Assembly: GCA_963806535.1 (NCBI GenBank)
Contig: CAWDYC010000005.1
Coordinates: 64,001 to 128,000 of the forward strand
Reading direction: 5' to 3'
Source: Candidatus Bathyarchaeota archaeon
GTDB taxonomy: Archaea > Thermoproteota > Bathyarchaeia > Bathyarchaeales > Bathycorpusculaceae
DNA length: 64,000 bases
Shown here: in pieces, positions 29,235 through 40,830 of the stretch
Layout of the letters: every line of letters begins with the position of its first letter
How positions within the stretch are numbered: position 1 is the first letter of the stretch
Made by a program: the position numbers and the translations under genes
Notes under the pieces: generated by a model
Databases searched by the model: none
Told to the model about the DNA's origin: nothing
Seen by the model: only the letters and a program-made list of their open reading frames with translations

Positions 29235-30302
29235 TTGAATCAAGCTTCAACTAGCCCCTTAGTTTCCGTTATTATGCTAAATTATAATGGTGCCGACGTT
29301 GTAACTAAATGTGTCGAGTCAGTTCTAGCAACGGCATATTCAAACTTTGAACTAATCTTTGTTGACAATGGTTCGGTTGATGGAAGTTATCAGTCGATTG
29401 CTGGTCAGTTTGGAAAAGATAGCCGATTGGTTTTAGTTAGGAATAATGTGAACAAGGGCTTCGCTGAAGGCAACAACATCGGATTGAAATATGCAAAGGG
29501 TTCCTTTATCACTCTTCTAAATAATGATACTGTAGTAGAGAAAGATTGGATAATTGAAACATTAAAAATTGCACAATCAGATGAAAAAATAGGAATCCTT
29601 CAAAGTAAATTGTTTTTTTGGTACGACCCCAATATGCTGGAAAGTGCAGGTGCTTTCATAGATAAAACTGGTTACGGATTCGAGCGTGGACTTGTTAAAG
29701 GCAGAGCTTTATACGATACTGTAGATGAAGTTTTCTATGCAAACGGTGCGGCTGTAACTATTAATAGAAAAGCTCTCGAAAAAATGTGTTCTGGACAGAC
29801 TGGGCTATTTGATGACGATTTTTTTTTCGCTTATGAAGACGTTGATCTCTCGTGGCGAATGAGGTTAGCTGGCTTTAAAACTGTAATTTGTCCCAGATCC
29901 ATTGTTTATCACAGAAGAAGTACGACCACTTCTCGTAAACGAGGTCGGCTTGTTTTTCATCACTGCAAAAACCGTTTATTAACTTTAATCAAGAACTACA
30001 ACTTTACGAATCTTCTTAGATATCTTCCATTACTAATCATACTTGAATCGGTTAGAGCCTTCTCCAATTTGGTTAGTGGGCAATCTGAAAGCGCGTTTGC
30101 TATGCTGAGAGCATTCGTATGGAATTTGACTAATTTCAAGCAAAGCTGGAAAAAACGCATGGTAGTTCAATATCTAATTCGTCGAATGCCCGATCAGTAT
30201 GTTACCATGTTAATGAAGAATGTTAATCCGGCAAGTTTAATATATAATCAGCGGCTTTATCAAAAGTTCTCTGCTAAGACTGGTGTTAACATAGTGAGAT
30301 GA
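29235..30302 (+). CDS. GT2 glycosyltransferase (rhamnosyltransferase-like)
   Basis: VDNGSVDGS, NKGFAEGNN, LLNND, FFAYEDVDLSWR. Confidence 0.88.
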   Translation: MNQASTSPLVSVIMLNYNGADVVTKCVESVLATAYSNFELIFVDNGSVDGSYQSIAGQFGKDSRLVLVRNNVNKGFAEGNNIGLKYAKGSFITLLNNDTVVEKDWIIETLKIAQSDEKIGILQSKLFFWYDPNMLESAGAFIDKTGYGFERGLVKGRALYDTVDEVFYANGAAVTINRKALEKMCSGQTGLFDDDFFFAYEDVDLSWRMRLAGFKTVICPRSIVYHRRSTTTSRKRGRLVFHHCKNRLLTLIKNYNFTNLLRYLPLLIILESVRAFSNLVSGQSESAFAMLRAFVWNLTNFKQSWKKRMVVQYLIRRMPDQYVTMLMKNVNPASLIYNQRLYQKFSAKTGVNIVR

Positions 30303-30380
30303 ATTCCAGTGCAAATGAAATGTTGTGGGCGAAAAAGCTGAGAAGAAATCAAAATAACCTAAATTGGCTGTTTCGAAATA

Positions 30381-33300
30381 ATGTATAGAATCGATTTGGA
30401 TAATCCAAAATTCGTGTTAGTGATTGCCGGTCTATTTTCAATGGTTTTATCATTCGTGATTCTTAGAGCACTTCTTCTGAACCATGGTATCGTTGAGTCT
30501 ATCGACATCCAGTGGAACAATTATGTTAACATGTTTGAACTTTGGTTTCATACCTGGAACTTTTACACTGGCGGAAGCCAAATTATCTTTGTAAGCCAGT
30601 TTCCTGTTTATTCTTTGGTTTTAGTTTTCAAAAATGTTGCCTTGGCACAGCGTGTAACTTACTTTTCGATTATTTCTTTAATAAGCTTTAACATGTTTCT
30701 GGTAACGTTCTATTCTTTGAGACGAAAAGCTCATAAAACGGGTGCTTTGTATCTTAGTTCGATCATTGCCAGCCTTTTGTACGTTCTAAATCCGCTTGTT
30801 TTTACTGAAATCTTTCATATTTCATTTTTATGGAGTTATTCCCTTTTTCCATTAGTATTCTATTTCACCTGGAGAGCCTTAAATTCAGTTTCGCGTCGAA
30901 AAGTTGTAGTTAGTTCACTTTTGTTGGGTGTATTTTTCGCTTTCATGACTGATGCTTGGGGCATGGCGGTTGGTGCTTTTCTCTTTGTTATTTTGGCTCT
31001 TTCAACCATTGTTTTGAATTTCCGCAAAAATCTTACTCGGCGATTTATTTCAAATCTACTGCTTACTGTATTTACAATGGGCTTGGCAGCATTATTGCTT
31101 GCTTCTTATTGGTTATTGCCTTACATAACGCAAAAAGCTTCAGGGCCAGTTTGGGATCCTTTTTCGGCGACAAACCTTTTTCTAAACTCGCAAGATAGTA
31201 ACTTACTTAACATTCTAGGGCTTCACAGTTGGAGTACCCAGCCTTTTTTTAATCCTACTCCTTTATGGAACAGTTTAACGTTAATTCTTTTGATTTTTGC
31301 AGTTTCCGCAATTTTGATTCGCAGAAGCAAATCGACTTTGACACTTTCTGGCTTGCTTGTTATAGGCGTTTTCTTGGCCCAAGGGACAAAGGGACTATTT
31401 GGTGAATTTTACTTATGGTTGACTTTCTACTCTCCACGGATTATTCCCAATCAAGCTTTTCTCCTAAAATATCCTTACCTTTTCCTAGCTATTGTTGATT
31501 TGGCAGCTGCACTTCTAAGCGCTGTACTAATAGTGGAAGTGTTTGAAAGAGCCAAGTTTAATGGATTTTCTTTGAAACGTTTTTTACCAAAATTTTTGAA
31601 GCGTTTTTCGCTAAAATCTTACAGTCCTGCTATAGTTCTTTTCTTCATAATAGTATCATTAATAGCTTTGGTTGGTGCACCACTATTAACGAATCTAAAT
31701 GGAGCACTAAATCCAGTCGTCTTGCCATCACAATATGATGATTTGAATCAGTATTTAACTTCTCAAGGAGGGTCATTTAGGGTCATGTGGGTGCCAGAAT
31801 CTGCAATTTTTACTTGGAGTAATAACTATTGGGCAAACAAAATAGAGTATTGGGCGAGTGGAGTGCCGCCGTTAATGTATGGATGGGGCGTATCGGCTTC
31901 TCCTACCTCAAGTTTTCTGGGAAACATGATATATGATTATTTGAACAATAACCAGACTTTGCATTTGGGTAAGATTTTAGCGTTGGCCAACGTTCGATAT
32001 ATTGTTTTTCATAATGACACATCTGATTCGAAAAGTTATAGCGGAATGCTTTCTAATCTCCTTAATACGACGTCGACAGATTTACAATTGGCTAAATCTT
32101 GGGTTTTGTTAGACTCTCACGGTACCCCTGACGGCGCCATTTACCTTTTTGAAAACATGGATATGCCAGATTATTTCCAGACTTTTTCGAAAGTAAATTT
32201 AGTAGTGGGTGGATTAGATACAATAGGTTCTCTCTCTTCCATTAATGGCTTTTATCCTGCTGAATCGGCTTCCATTTTCCTTGAAAACCAACCCATTTCT
32301 AATGACAGTATAGTCTCCATTTTAACTTCAAAAGACATAGACAAAACACTGATCTTTTACGGTAATAAGACGTTTAATGATCTAGTTTTAGATACTATTG
32401 ATGACAGTGCTCTTATTGCCCCGGGGGACTCTTTTTCTAACACCGCCTTGCCATATTGGTTAACCGATACAACGCACTACTTTACCCCTGAAATGTCAAA
32501 TTGGACAAAAGATGCGGTAACGAGCTTTACATGGACTCCTATTATTTTGCCTTCCTTAGTTAACACTACCTCTCTAAGCGACAAATACGACTTCGGCCTA
32601 GGGCACAGCCTTATCTACACTTCCAATTCTAGTTCTCTGTTCACTTCACTTTTTAATGTCAAGAATTCAGGGCAATATGATCTCTGGACTAGAGTGTTAT
32701 TTGGTTCAAGCGGCGGAAATTTAAGTTTTACAATTAATGACGCTAAAATTAGTCCGATGGAAATTAATACTAACTCGACAGTTTTGACTGGTTTCAATTG
32801 GGTTCATTTAGGAGAAGTAAATCTGGTGGCAGGTTCACATAAACTTACTATCTCTAATAAGAGTGGGACCAATGCTGTTAACCTTGTTGCACTGCCAACC
32901 ACGATTGAGCTTGCAGAGCACACACAAAAATTGCTTGATTTGATTAATCAATCTGGTGCTACAATAGCTTACATTACAGGTGAACCGTTTCTGCTGAATT
33001 CAACGAAATATGACGCCCAAGGAGAAAATACAACGTTTTCAGAATATGCACCGAAGACTTCTTCATATCTAATTAATGTTCAAACTGATCAATCATTGAA
33101 TAGCGGCATGTTAGAACTATTTGTCGATAACAAGCCCTACGCTATCAGCGCTAATCCTTTGGATGGTCAATATTGGTATTCAGCGGGGCCAATTAACTTA
33201 ACTCAAGATTATCATGATATTACATTCAACTACTCTGCTTCAGTAAACATTGAGAACGTAATCCTATATTCGTCAACAAAATCAAATAGTTCATTGGAAA

Positions 33301-33701
33301 GCCTCAAATCCGTATTTGGCGACCGCGTTGAACCTTATGTGGTGAATTATGAAAAATCTGGTCCAGTGACTTTTTCTGTCAAAATAAATGCCTCGGCCCC
33401 CTTCATTTTGGCGTTCAACGAACCATCTGATGACTTTTGGCAAATTAATGCTTCTGGAACAAAATTGGCTTTAAATTCTTTGAACAATGCTTTCTTAATT
33501 AACAATACTGAAGATAATTTAGTAACTTTAGACGTCTTCTATGCCCCTGAAGTGTCCTTGCAGTTAGGTGAAAAGATCTCAGTAATATCGTTCGTTTCTG
33601 TTTTAGCAACAATTTCCGTGCTTCTCGTTTTGCCAAAGATAAAAGGAAAACGGTGTTTGAATCTTAGCAACTCTCCTCCAAGCTCTTCTAAGAAAGACTA
33701 A
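30381..33701 (+). CDS. Large GT-C membrane protein (AftD/DUF3367/YfhO-like) with extracellular CBM-like domains
   Basis: LLYVLNP, YSLFP, ASYWLLP, FRVMWVP, NVRYIVFHND; 'WVHLGEVNLVAGSHKLTI' CBM-like strand; final TM. Confidence 0.7.
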   Translation: MYRIDLDNPKFVLVIAGLFSMVLSFVILRALLLNHGIVESIDIQWNNYVNMFELWFHTWNFYTGGSQIIFVSQFPVYSLVLVFKNVALAQRVTYFSIISLISFNMFLVTFYSLRRKAHKTGALYLSSIIASLLYVLNPLVFTEIFHISFLWSYSLFPLVFYFTWRALNSVSRRKVVVSSLLLGVFFAFMTDAWGMAVGAFLFVILALSTIVLNFRKNLTRRFISNLLLTVFTMGLAALLLASYWLLPYITQKASGPVWDPFSATNLFLNSQDSNLLNILGLHSWSTQPFFNPTPLWNSLTLILLIFAVSAILIRRSKSTLTLSGLLVIGVFLAQGTKGLFGEFYLWLTFYSPRIIPNQAFLLKYPYLFLAIVDLAAALLSAVLIVEVFERAKFNGFSLKRFLPKFLKRFSLKSYSPAIVLFFIIVSLIALVGAPLLTNLNGALNPVVLPSQYDDLNQYLTSQGGSFRVMWVPESAIFTWSNNYWANKIEYWASGVPPLMYGWGVSASPTSSFLGNMIYDYLNNNQTLHLGKILALANVRYIVFHNDTSDSKSYSGMLSNLLNTTSTDLQLAKSWVLLDSHGTPDGAIYLFENMDMPDYFQTFSKVNLVVGGLDTIGSLSSINGFYPAESASIFLENQPISNDSIVSILTSKDIDKTLIFYGNKTFNDLVLDTIDDSALIAPGDSFSNTALPYWLTDTTHYFTPEMSNWTKDAVTSFTWTPIILPSLVNTTSLSDKYDFGLGHSLIYTSNSSSLFTSLFNVKNSGQYDLWTRVLFGSSGGNLSFTINDAKISPMEINTNSTVLTGFNWVHLGEVNLVAGSHKLTISNKSGTNAVNLVALPTTIELAEHTQKLLDLINQSGATIAYITGEPFLLNSTKYDAQGENTTFSEYAPKTSSYLINVQTDQSLNSGMLELFVDNKPYAISANPLDGQYWYSAGPINLTQDYHDITFNYSASVNIENVILYSSTKSNSSLESLKSVFGDRVEPYVVNYEKSGPVTFSVKINASAPFILAFNEPSDDFWQINASGTKLALNSLNNAFLINNTEDNLVTLDVFYAPEVSLQLGEKISVISFVSVLATISVLLVLPKIKGKRCLNLSNSPPSSSKKD

Positions 33702-34020
33702 GTGTGTAAGGATAATGACAGTTAATAATTCTTTAGCTCAAGCTTCAACCTTAACAAATAAACAATTTCTAGCTTAATAAGGTAGAAAAAAATTGAACTC
33801 TTGTTCAAACTCTTAAAACGTGGAAATTTGAGTCAACGTTAGAAAGTCTTTGGCTTGAAGAGACGAAAGATTCCGTACGTTCTTCCTACTCAACACTTTG
33901 CTCAATCGCTAGGCTACTTTACGTTTAGAGGTTAAGTTTAGATAAACATATAAGTTATAGCTCGATATTCACGCAATACTAAATTGAAAACAATTAGACA
34001 TCAATGGATTAATCGGCTGA

Positions 34021-35910
34021 ATGATTATGGATAAAATAGGTTTAGGTTCATGTTTGCTTATTATTCTAGGTATTGGTCTAATTATTGTTCCAGCAATACC
34101 CCAAACCATAATCAACATATCTCTAATTTTAACCGGTTTGAAACTTGATTTGCTAACAGTTGTGTCTTTGCTTCAAAATATGTGGCTGATTAATCTTGTT
34201 CCCAAAATAGTTGGCGTGGTCATATTAAGTGTGATTACGGCTCGAAGTCGCTTGAAGGTTGACTCTTCTAAGATCAAGCGACAAATAATCAAAGTTGCTG
34301 TTTTGGCGTTTGTTGTCTTGATGCTTGTTGGAGCTATCTTTTTAGAAGTTCCAGTAGCAAAAGCGGAATCAGTTGCAACTACTAGCTTCATTTTGGGATT
34401 TCCTTTGCCGATTGCTGACTATTATATTGGAAAATCCTCAACCGATTCTTATTTTGCCATTAATGGTTCAAATTGGGTCAATTTAATGTTTGATGTTGGA
34501 ACTAAGACTTGGACCAGTTACTCTAGTAATTATACAAAGGTTGAACAGCTTGTTTTGGGGCAAGTTTCTTCCGGCACAGTTTACCTTAAAGAAGTACCTT
34601 TTAACTTGACCTTGATGAGTAGTATCCCGGCTAATGTTTCTGTTATTTGCAGTATTGATGGTGTTATTTGCACTTACATCAATCCAGTTAGTAGTCTTGG
34701 ATCGCCATACACAGTTTCAATTGGTTCAGGTAATAATGTAGGCGACTACGTCGTCACTGACTCAGGAAACCGCATTTTGTTGGCTTCGCCCAATGCTAGC
34801 TTTGCGATTCAATCAGCTGTAAACTCGGTTTTTGGATACGGAACTGTTAATGTATTATGCAACATCACGGTAACTGCTCCAATAGCAATTTTGCAAAGCA
34901 TCAATTACGTTCAGCAGGGTGTTGCAAATTTGCAATCCGACTATTTGATAATCGGCGATTCAACTCACTTAGTTCAAGGCTACACAATCACCATTAATGA
35001 TATTGAAGGCGATGGAGTGCACAATGGAATTACTTTTGTCAACGCAATTTATGGGCAAATTAAATACAACTTTATTAATAATTGCAATTATGGCTTTTTC
35101 TTTAACGCGCAACCTACTTCTTTCTCTTATCCGTTTGGTGCAGCCGAAAACACCATAATTGGAGGTATGCTCGGAGCGTGGAATGGCAATAGTACAACAA
35201 ATATTGGCAACACCGCAATCAAATATAATAATGGTGACGGTTGGATGGAAGGAAACCGATTTCTGCAAAATGGTATTCAAGGTTACAAAGTTGGAATTGA
35301 TTTTGGAAATGGAACCAAGCAAGGCTACACTTGGTTTCAGGGGTTCTTTGGGCTAGAAGGAGATCTTAATCCCATAGACATTATTTGGGGAACCGCAACC
35401 CACGAAACCATAGAAACTTATTATACTGTGCCTGGAATAACTGGCATTCCAAAAGACTGCATTGTTTTAACCCCTACAAACTCTAACCAATTTACAGGCC
35501 CCACCTACATGAATGATACTGGTATCCAAGTTACTCCTAATAATGTTAATCAAGCCATACCAATTGGTTTGAATAGTGGTTGGGGGACTTCACAAATTTT
35601 TTACTTCAAAAGTTTGTCTAACCCTGATTTAGCAGATTGCGCAATTCCAGCCCAAATAGGAATTACAAGAGATGGCACTTTTACGGGGGAAAATGTGACA
35701 GTTAGAATTAGCATGGTTCACAGTGATGGAACTGCCTCAGATCTAGACAAAATTTATACAACAACCGGAACTGAATGGCTTAGCGGTAGCGATTGGGCTA
35801 GTTTAATTCAAGACATGAAACCGATTCAATATATTGTTGTTACAGCAATAACAGCTTCCAACTCAACAAGTGTTACTCTTAACGTGACAGTGATAGCATT
35901 CGCAATTTAG
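34021..35910 (+). CDS. Membrane-anchored protein with predicted parallel beta-helix (pectin-lyase-like) region
   Basis: N-terminal TMs; 'NASFAIQSAVN' entry followed by N/G/I-rich rungs (INNCNYG, GYKVGIDF). Confidence 0.55.
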   Translation: MIMDKIGLGSCLLIILGIGLIIVPAIPQTIINISLILTGLKLDLLTVVSLLQNMWLINLVPKIVGVVILSVITARSRLKVDSSKIKRQIIKVAVLAFVVLMLVGAIFLEVPVAKAESVATTSFILGFPLPIADYYIGKSSTDSYFAINGSNWVNLMFDVGTKTWTSYSSNYTKVEQLVLGQVSSGTVYLKEVPFNLTLMSSIPANVSVICSIDGVICTYINPVSSLGSPYTVSIGSGNNVGDYVVTDSGNRILLASPNASFAIQSAVNSVFGYGTVNVLCNITVTAPIAILQSINYVQQGVANLQSDYLIIGDSTHLVQGYTITINDIEGDGVHNGITFVNAIYGQIKYNFINNCNYGFFFNAQPTSFSYPFGAAENTIIGGMLGAWNGNSTTNIGNTAIKYNNGDGWMEGNRFLQNGIQGYKVGIDFGNGTKQGYTWFQGFFGLEGDLNPIDIIWGTATHETIETYYTVPGITGIPKDCIVLTPTNSNQFTGPTYMNDTGIQVTPNNVNQAIPIGLNSGWGTSQIFYFKSLSNPDLADCAIPAQIGITRDGTFTGENVTVRISMVHSDGTASDLDKIYTTTGTEWLSGSDWASLIQDMKPIQYIVVTAITASNSTSVTLNVTVIAFAI

Positions 35911-36068
35911 TAATGTCGCATTGTAAAAAGATGTGTAGTGCTGCTGATTCTGAATTCGCTTCTCTCTTTAGGGTAATGTGCATTCTAACTTGTAAAAAAA
36001 CCTGACAGAGGCATAAGATATAAACTCGAATTATTGTTAATCATTGGAATTAACAAAGGAGACTGCCA

Positions 36069-36797
36069 GTGGTATCTAGACGACCTTCCAAAATTAATTC
36101 TGCTAAACCAATGCTAGGCAAATTTGGGATATCATCATCCGATGTCATCCTGGATGCTGGTTGTGGTTACGGATTGCGTTCAATTGAGGTAAGCGAGAAA
36201 ATTGGCTCTCATATAATTTCAGTTGATTTATCATCAAGTTGTCTAAAATCCTTTAACTCAAAGAAACACAAGAACGATATTGATATTATCCGTGCAGATG
36301 TTCAGAATCTTCCGCTACAGGATAGGTCGTTTGACAAAATTATTTCTGGCGATGTTTTGGAACATGTACCAAATGTCTCGAATACTTTGGAGGGTTTCCA
36401 TCGAATGCTTAAAAAAAGTGGGATGGTATTTCTGTTGGTTCCGTCAAGTGTTTCGGAAAAGCTTTTTTTGAAACTCGATAATAAGCATGCCGAACGGATA
36501 GGTCATCTTAGGATCTTTGAATCGGAACAATTTCTGGCCATAGTCAAGGACGCAGGCTTTTGTGTTGTTGATAATTACAACGTTGAGTTTTTTAGGGCAC
36601 TTTATCATCTATTTCAAGTTTTATTAGGATCAAGAATTGAACATCAAACCGGTCGGGTTATAGAAGACATGTCTGGTTTAACAATTATGTCTAAGTTTTC
36701 TAGAGTGGTATTTTATTCGTGGCTTGGAGACATTATTGAAGAATTTGGAAAATTCATTTTCCCAAATAGTTTTGTCGTAATTGCAAAAAAAATGTAG
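36069..36797 (+). CDS. Class I SAM-dependent methyltransferase
   Basis: ILDAGCGYG, ADVQNLPLQDRSFD, DVLEHV, GHLR. Confidence 0.88.
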   Translation: MVSRRPSKINSAKPMLGKFGISSSDVILDAGCGYGLRSIEVSEKIGSHIISVDLSSSCLKSFNSKKHKNDIDIIRADVQNLPLQDRSFDKIISGDVLEHVPNVSNTLEGFHRMLKKSGMVFLLVPSSVSEKLFLKLDNKHAERIGHLRIFESEQFLAIVKDAGFCVVDNYNVEFFRALYHLFQVLLGSRIEHQTGRVIEDMSGLTIMSKFSRVVFYSWLGDIIEEFGKFIFPNSFVVIAKKM

Positions 36798-37040
36798 CAA
36801 CGGATAATTTTTTATCTGAATTATAGTGGGTTTTGGCATATCAATGCTCTGCTTAGACGGACGTCCTGTTAGGTCTACCCTTGAAATTTTAGTGTTAGAG
36901 ACTGACAAACTCAATCAAGATTAATATGCCCGCTGACCATAAATCAGTTAACAACAAAATTAGCTCCAGTTTCAACCAAAAGTGATAAACGCAACCGAAC
37001 AGAAAACACTTAACTTGCAACTCCAAATCTGGAAAAAAAT

Positions 37041-38653
37041 ATGACAACCAAAACTGCAGAGATGGCTAGAGTTTCAGCTAAAGGTGGTTTTCACCTCTTA
37101 TGGGGCTTAGTTGTCTCTACGTTGATTTCAGCTGTAGGTACCATAATTATCGCTCGGCTTCTGGGTGCAGATAATTACGGTTTATACATTGTTGCCCTTT
37201 CAGCCCCAAATTTAATTTCGACTTTTCGTGATTGGGGAATAAATTCTGCCATGATCAGATATTCTGCACAATACAACAGCGAAAACAATACAGCTAAAAT
37301 AAGAGGCATTTTTGTTTCAGGTTTATTGTTTGAGATAATTTTAGGTTTATTGCTCTCTGTTCTTTCTTTTGCTCTCTCTGGTTTTTTAGCTACAACCTTT
37401 AATCGACCAGCTATTGCTCCTTTGATTCAAATAGCTCTTTTTACGTTTTGGCTGGTGCACTGATGAACGCAGCAACTGCAGCTTACACTGGAATGGAAAC
37501 AATGCATCTAAACAGCATCATGCTAATAGTACATTCAATTGCCAAAACTACCCTGATAATCACACTCGTGCTGTTAGGGTTAGGCACTCTAGGCGCAGTT
37601 ACGGGTTTTACGATAGCCACTACAATTGCAGGCATAACAAGCGTTCTTCTAATGTTTACTATCTACAGATCTTTGCCTAAACCTACTCGACGGCAAACTG
37701 GAAATCATTGCAACAACCAAAACTATGTTAAAATATGGTTTACCCGTATCAATCGGCACTATTCTTTTAGGATTTTTAGCTCAATTCTACAGTTACATCC
37801 TAGCAATTTACGTATCAAACAACGCTACTATCGGCAATTATAGTGTAGCAGTAAATTTCGTTGTTTTAATTACCTTCTTTGCAACTCCTGTAACAACGAT
37901 GCTGTTTCCAGCATTCTCCAAGTTAGATGCCCAAAAAGACAAAGCACTTTTTGGAAATATTTTTCAATATTCCGTAAAATACGCTTCATTTGTTGTTGTG
38001 CCAGTCGCAGCTATGGTTATGGTTCTTGCGCAACCTGCAATAGGCACTATATTCCAAGATAGGTATGTGCAAGCGCCTTTGTTTTTGGCTTTGTTGTCAG
38101 TAACTTATCTTTACACGGCTTTTGGCAGTTTAAGTGTCGGCAACTTGATAAATGGACAAGGCTACACAAAATTTAATTTGAAAGTGTCTGTTCTTACTGC
38201 TGCTATTGGTTTTCCATTAAGTTTTATTTTAATATCAAGCTTTGGCGTTATAGGTTTGATTGTTACTTCGTTAACGGTTAGTCTTCCAGGTTTATTCATT
38301 AGTTTACGCTTCATCAAAAAACGTTTCGGGGTGTCGGTAGATTGGGTTTCTTCAGGGAAAATTCTTTTTTCTTCTGCATTAGCCGCTATTTTGACCTATG
38401 TTCTGATCTCTAAACCTTGCTTTTTCAAATCCAATAAAATTAATCAACAGGCATAGTTGCTTTTGTGATAATTCTACTTGTTGCAGCATTGATTACAAGA
38501 ACAGTAAACGCTGGAGACATAAATAATCTTCGAGAAATCTCAAATGGACTTGGTTTGCTTCATAAACCATTGAATTTCCTAATTAGTTTCCTCGAAAAAT
38601 TAATGAAAATTCTGCAGCGCCAAAAACAGAATTCACTTGAACAAAATCAATAA
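37041..38653 (+). CDS. Oligosaccharide flippase (Wzx/RfbX, MOP family), split by frameshifts
   Basis: Four consecutive ORFs read as one protein: IIIARLLGADNYGLY, DWGINSAMIRY, MLKYGLP, IGNYSVA, LFPAFSKL, FGVIG. Confidence 0.85.
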
Positions 38654-38947
38654 CTAAGCTGAAATTTCTTTCTCTCTCATGAAATTTTGATTTCCGCTGC
38701 TAGCTTTTTTGGATATTTGTGAAAGTGCTCTGTATTTGCCGCAGTATTCTCCTCCAACATGTGTGCAGGTGTAGCTATTGTTTGAATACAGTTTGCAAGA
38801 ACGATTGAAAAGGCATTTTTTCTCGCCTAGAACCAAGGATGACAAAATGTAAGAGTTGAATGGTTTCATTTCGATTCGACTCCCTAATTTTCTATTACTG
38901 TTATGCCATGTTATCGCTAATAGAATTATGTGATTGTCTCGATGCAA
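38654..38947 (-). CDS. Small Cys-rich hypothetical protein (start probably ATG at about 38869)
   Basis: 'CLFNRSCKLY...CTHVGGEYCGKYR' Cys cluster. Confidence 0.5.
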   Translation of the reverse strand: MHRDNHIILLAITWHNSNRKLGSRIEMKPFNSYILSSLVLGEKKCLFNRSCKLYSNNSYTCTHVGGEYCGKYRALSQISKKASSGNQNFMREKEISA

Positions 38948-39191
38948 TCACAGGATAATAAAATTAATGCGATTTATGAAAAATTATTGAGAAGAATCCA
39001 AATCTTTGAACTTGATCAAATCGATAATATTGAGGCTTAATAGAAAGACGTACTATTTTTAATTATGAAAATAATCTGAATTTGCGATAAAGCTTCTGAA
39101 TACATTCTGTTACTATTTATTATTTAGCACATAAACTTATTTAGTTCTGTAATAGCAAATCATACTCAACCAGAAATAGTTAGGGATTGAT

Positions 39192-40250
39192 ATGAAAGCA
39201 CTTGTTCTCAGCGGCGGTAAAGGCACTAGGCTTAGACCTTTAACTTTCACTTGCGCTAAACAGCTTATTCCAGTAGCTAACAAACCCATATTGGGCTATG
39301 TTCTTGATCAGGTGGCATCTACCAGCATAAAAAAAGTCGGCATAATTACTGCGCCTGAAACTGGACAGTTCGTTAAGGATTATGTTAAAGATGGTTCAAA
39401 CTGGGGTCTTAAAGTCGATTATATTCCTCAGGAACCTCTTGGATTGGCACATGCAGTTAAGACTGCTAAACGATTTTTGGGGCAGGATTCTTTTGTTATG
39501 TGTTTAGGCGATAACGTTACTGGTCAAGGTTTAAACTCATTTGTAAAAAAATTCAAAAGTGAGCATCTTGATGCTCTTATTATTCTTAAAGAAGTTGAGA
39601 ATCCATCAAGTTTTGGCATAGCTCAACTAGATGAGAAAGGAAACATTATCAGGTTGGTGGAGAAGCCTAAGACTCCCATGGGTAATCTTGCTATTATTGG
39701 CACTTACCTCTTCTCCAACAAAGTTCATCAAGCCATAGAAAGAATAAAGCCGTCTTGGCGAGGAGAATTGGAAATTACTGATGCTATTCAAGAAATGATT
39801 AACATGGGCTTTAAGGTTAAAGCTGAAATCTTAAATTCATGGTGGCTTGACACAGGCAAAAAAGATGACATCCTATCAGCTAACGCCAAAATACTGGACA
39901 CATACATCGAGTTTGACGTTAAGGGGAACGTAACAAACAGCATTTTAGATGGCAGAGTTAAAGTGGAACCTGAAGCAAAAATAGTGAATAGTACAATACG
40001 AGGACCATGCGCAATTGGAAAAGATGTTTTGATTGAAAACTCTTTCATTGGACCTTACACAAGCATTGGAGATTGTTCAACAATTATTAATTCTAACGTT
40101 GAATATTGTGTTATACAAGAAAACGTTACGGTCAAAGATGTGGAGCGGCTGGAAGAGAGTTTAATTGGCAAAAACGCGAAGGTGACAAGAAACCAGCGGA
40201 ACCGAACCATCAAGTTGCATATAGGTGATTTCTCAGAAGTGGAAGTTTAA
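39192..40250 (+). CDS. rmlA: Glucose-1-phosphate thymidylyltransferase (long form)
   Basis: LSGGKGTRLRPLT, KQLIPVANKP, QEPLGLAHAV, LGDN, VEKP, RGELEITDAIQ, WLDTG. Confidence 0.93.
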   Translation: MKALVLSGGKGTRLRPLTFTCAKQLIPVANKPILGYVLDQVASTSIKKVGIITAPETGQFVKDYVKDGSNWGLKVDYIPQEPLGLAHAVKTAKRFLGQDSFVMCLGDNVTGQGLNSFVKKFKSEHLDALIILKEVENPSSFGIAQLDEKGNIIRLVEKPKTPMGNLAIIGTYLFSNKVHQAIERIKPSWRGELEITDAIQEMINMGFKVKAEILNSWWLDTGKKDDILSANAKILDTYIEFDVKGNVTNSILDGRVKVEPEAKIVNSTIRGPCAIGKDVLIENSFIGPYTSIGDCSTIINSNVEYCVIQENVTVKDVERLEESLIGKNAKVTRNQRNRTIKLHIGDFSEVEV

Positions 40251-40320
40251 AGCACTCGAACCATAACAACTATTATAAACATTTTTAAAAATTATGTTAA
40301 CGGGCAAGCAAGGGATATTG

Positions 40321-40824
40321 ATGCTAAAAGGAATAAGAATTAAACCAATAAATCGATTGCCAGACGAAAGAGGCTTTTTCTGCGAAGTAATGCGTAAGGA
40401 CTGGAAAGATCTGTTTGAAGAAGATACAATTGCACAGGCAAATCTTTCATTTACTTATCCAAACATTATTCGTGCGTGGCATAGGCATCTTAAAGGGCAA
40501 ATAGACTATTTTCTGGCGCTTAAAGGTTCAATAAAAATCGGTGTTTTTGACGAAAAAACAAATGAACTTAACGAGATTATTTCAAGTGCTTTGAACTTGC
40601 AAGTTGTACGTGTTCCTGGTCATTATTGGCATGGCTTTAAAGCTCTCGGAGATGAACCGGCTATGCTGCTTTATTTCACCACAAACTTGTATGATCCTGC
40701 TCATCCAGATGAAGAACGCAGACCTTGGAATGACCAAACACTTATCCCTAAAATTATAAATGGCAAGAAGGATGATGCACGTGTTGGTAAACCTTGGGAT
40801 TGGAATTATCCGCCTCATAAGTGA
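40321..40824 (+). CDS. rmlC: dTDP-4-dehydrorhamnose 3,5-epimerase
   Basis: DERGFFCE, IRAWHRH, VPGHYWHGF. Confidence 0.9.
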   Translation: MLKGIRIKPINRLPDERGFFCEVMRKDWKDLFEEDTIAQANLSFTYPNIIRAWHRHLKGQIDYFLALKGSIKIGVFDEKTNELNEIISSALNLQVVRVPGHYWHGFKALGDEPAMLLYFTTNLYDPAHPDEERRPWNDQTLIPKIINGKKDDARVGKPWDWNYPPHK

Positions 40825-40830
40825 TGAATT

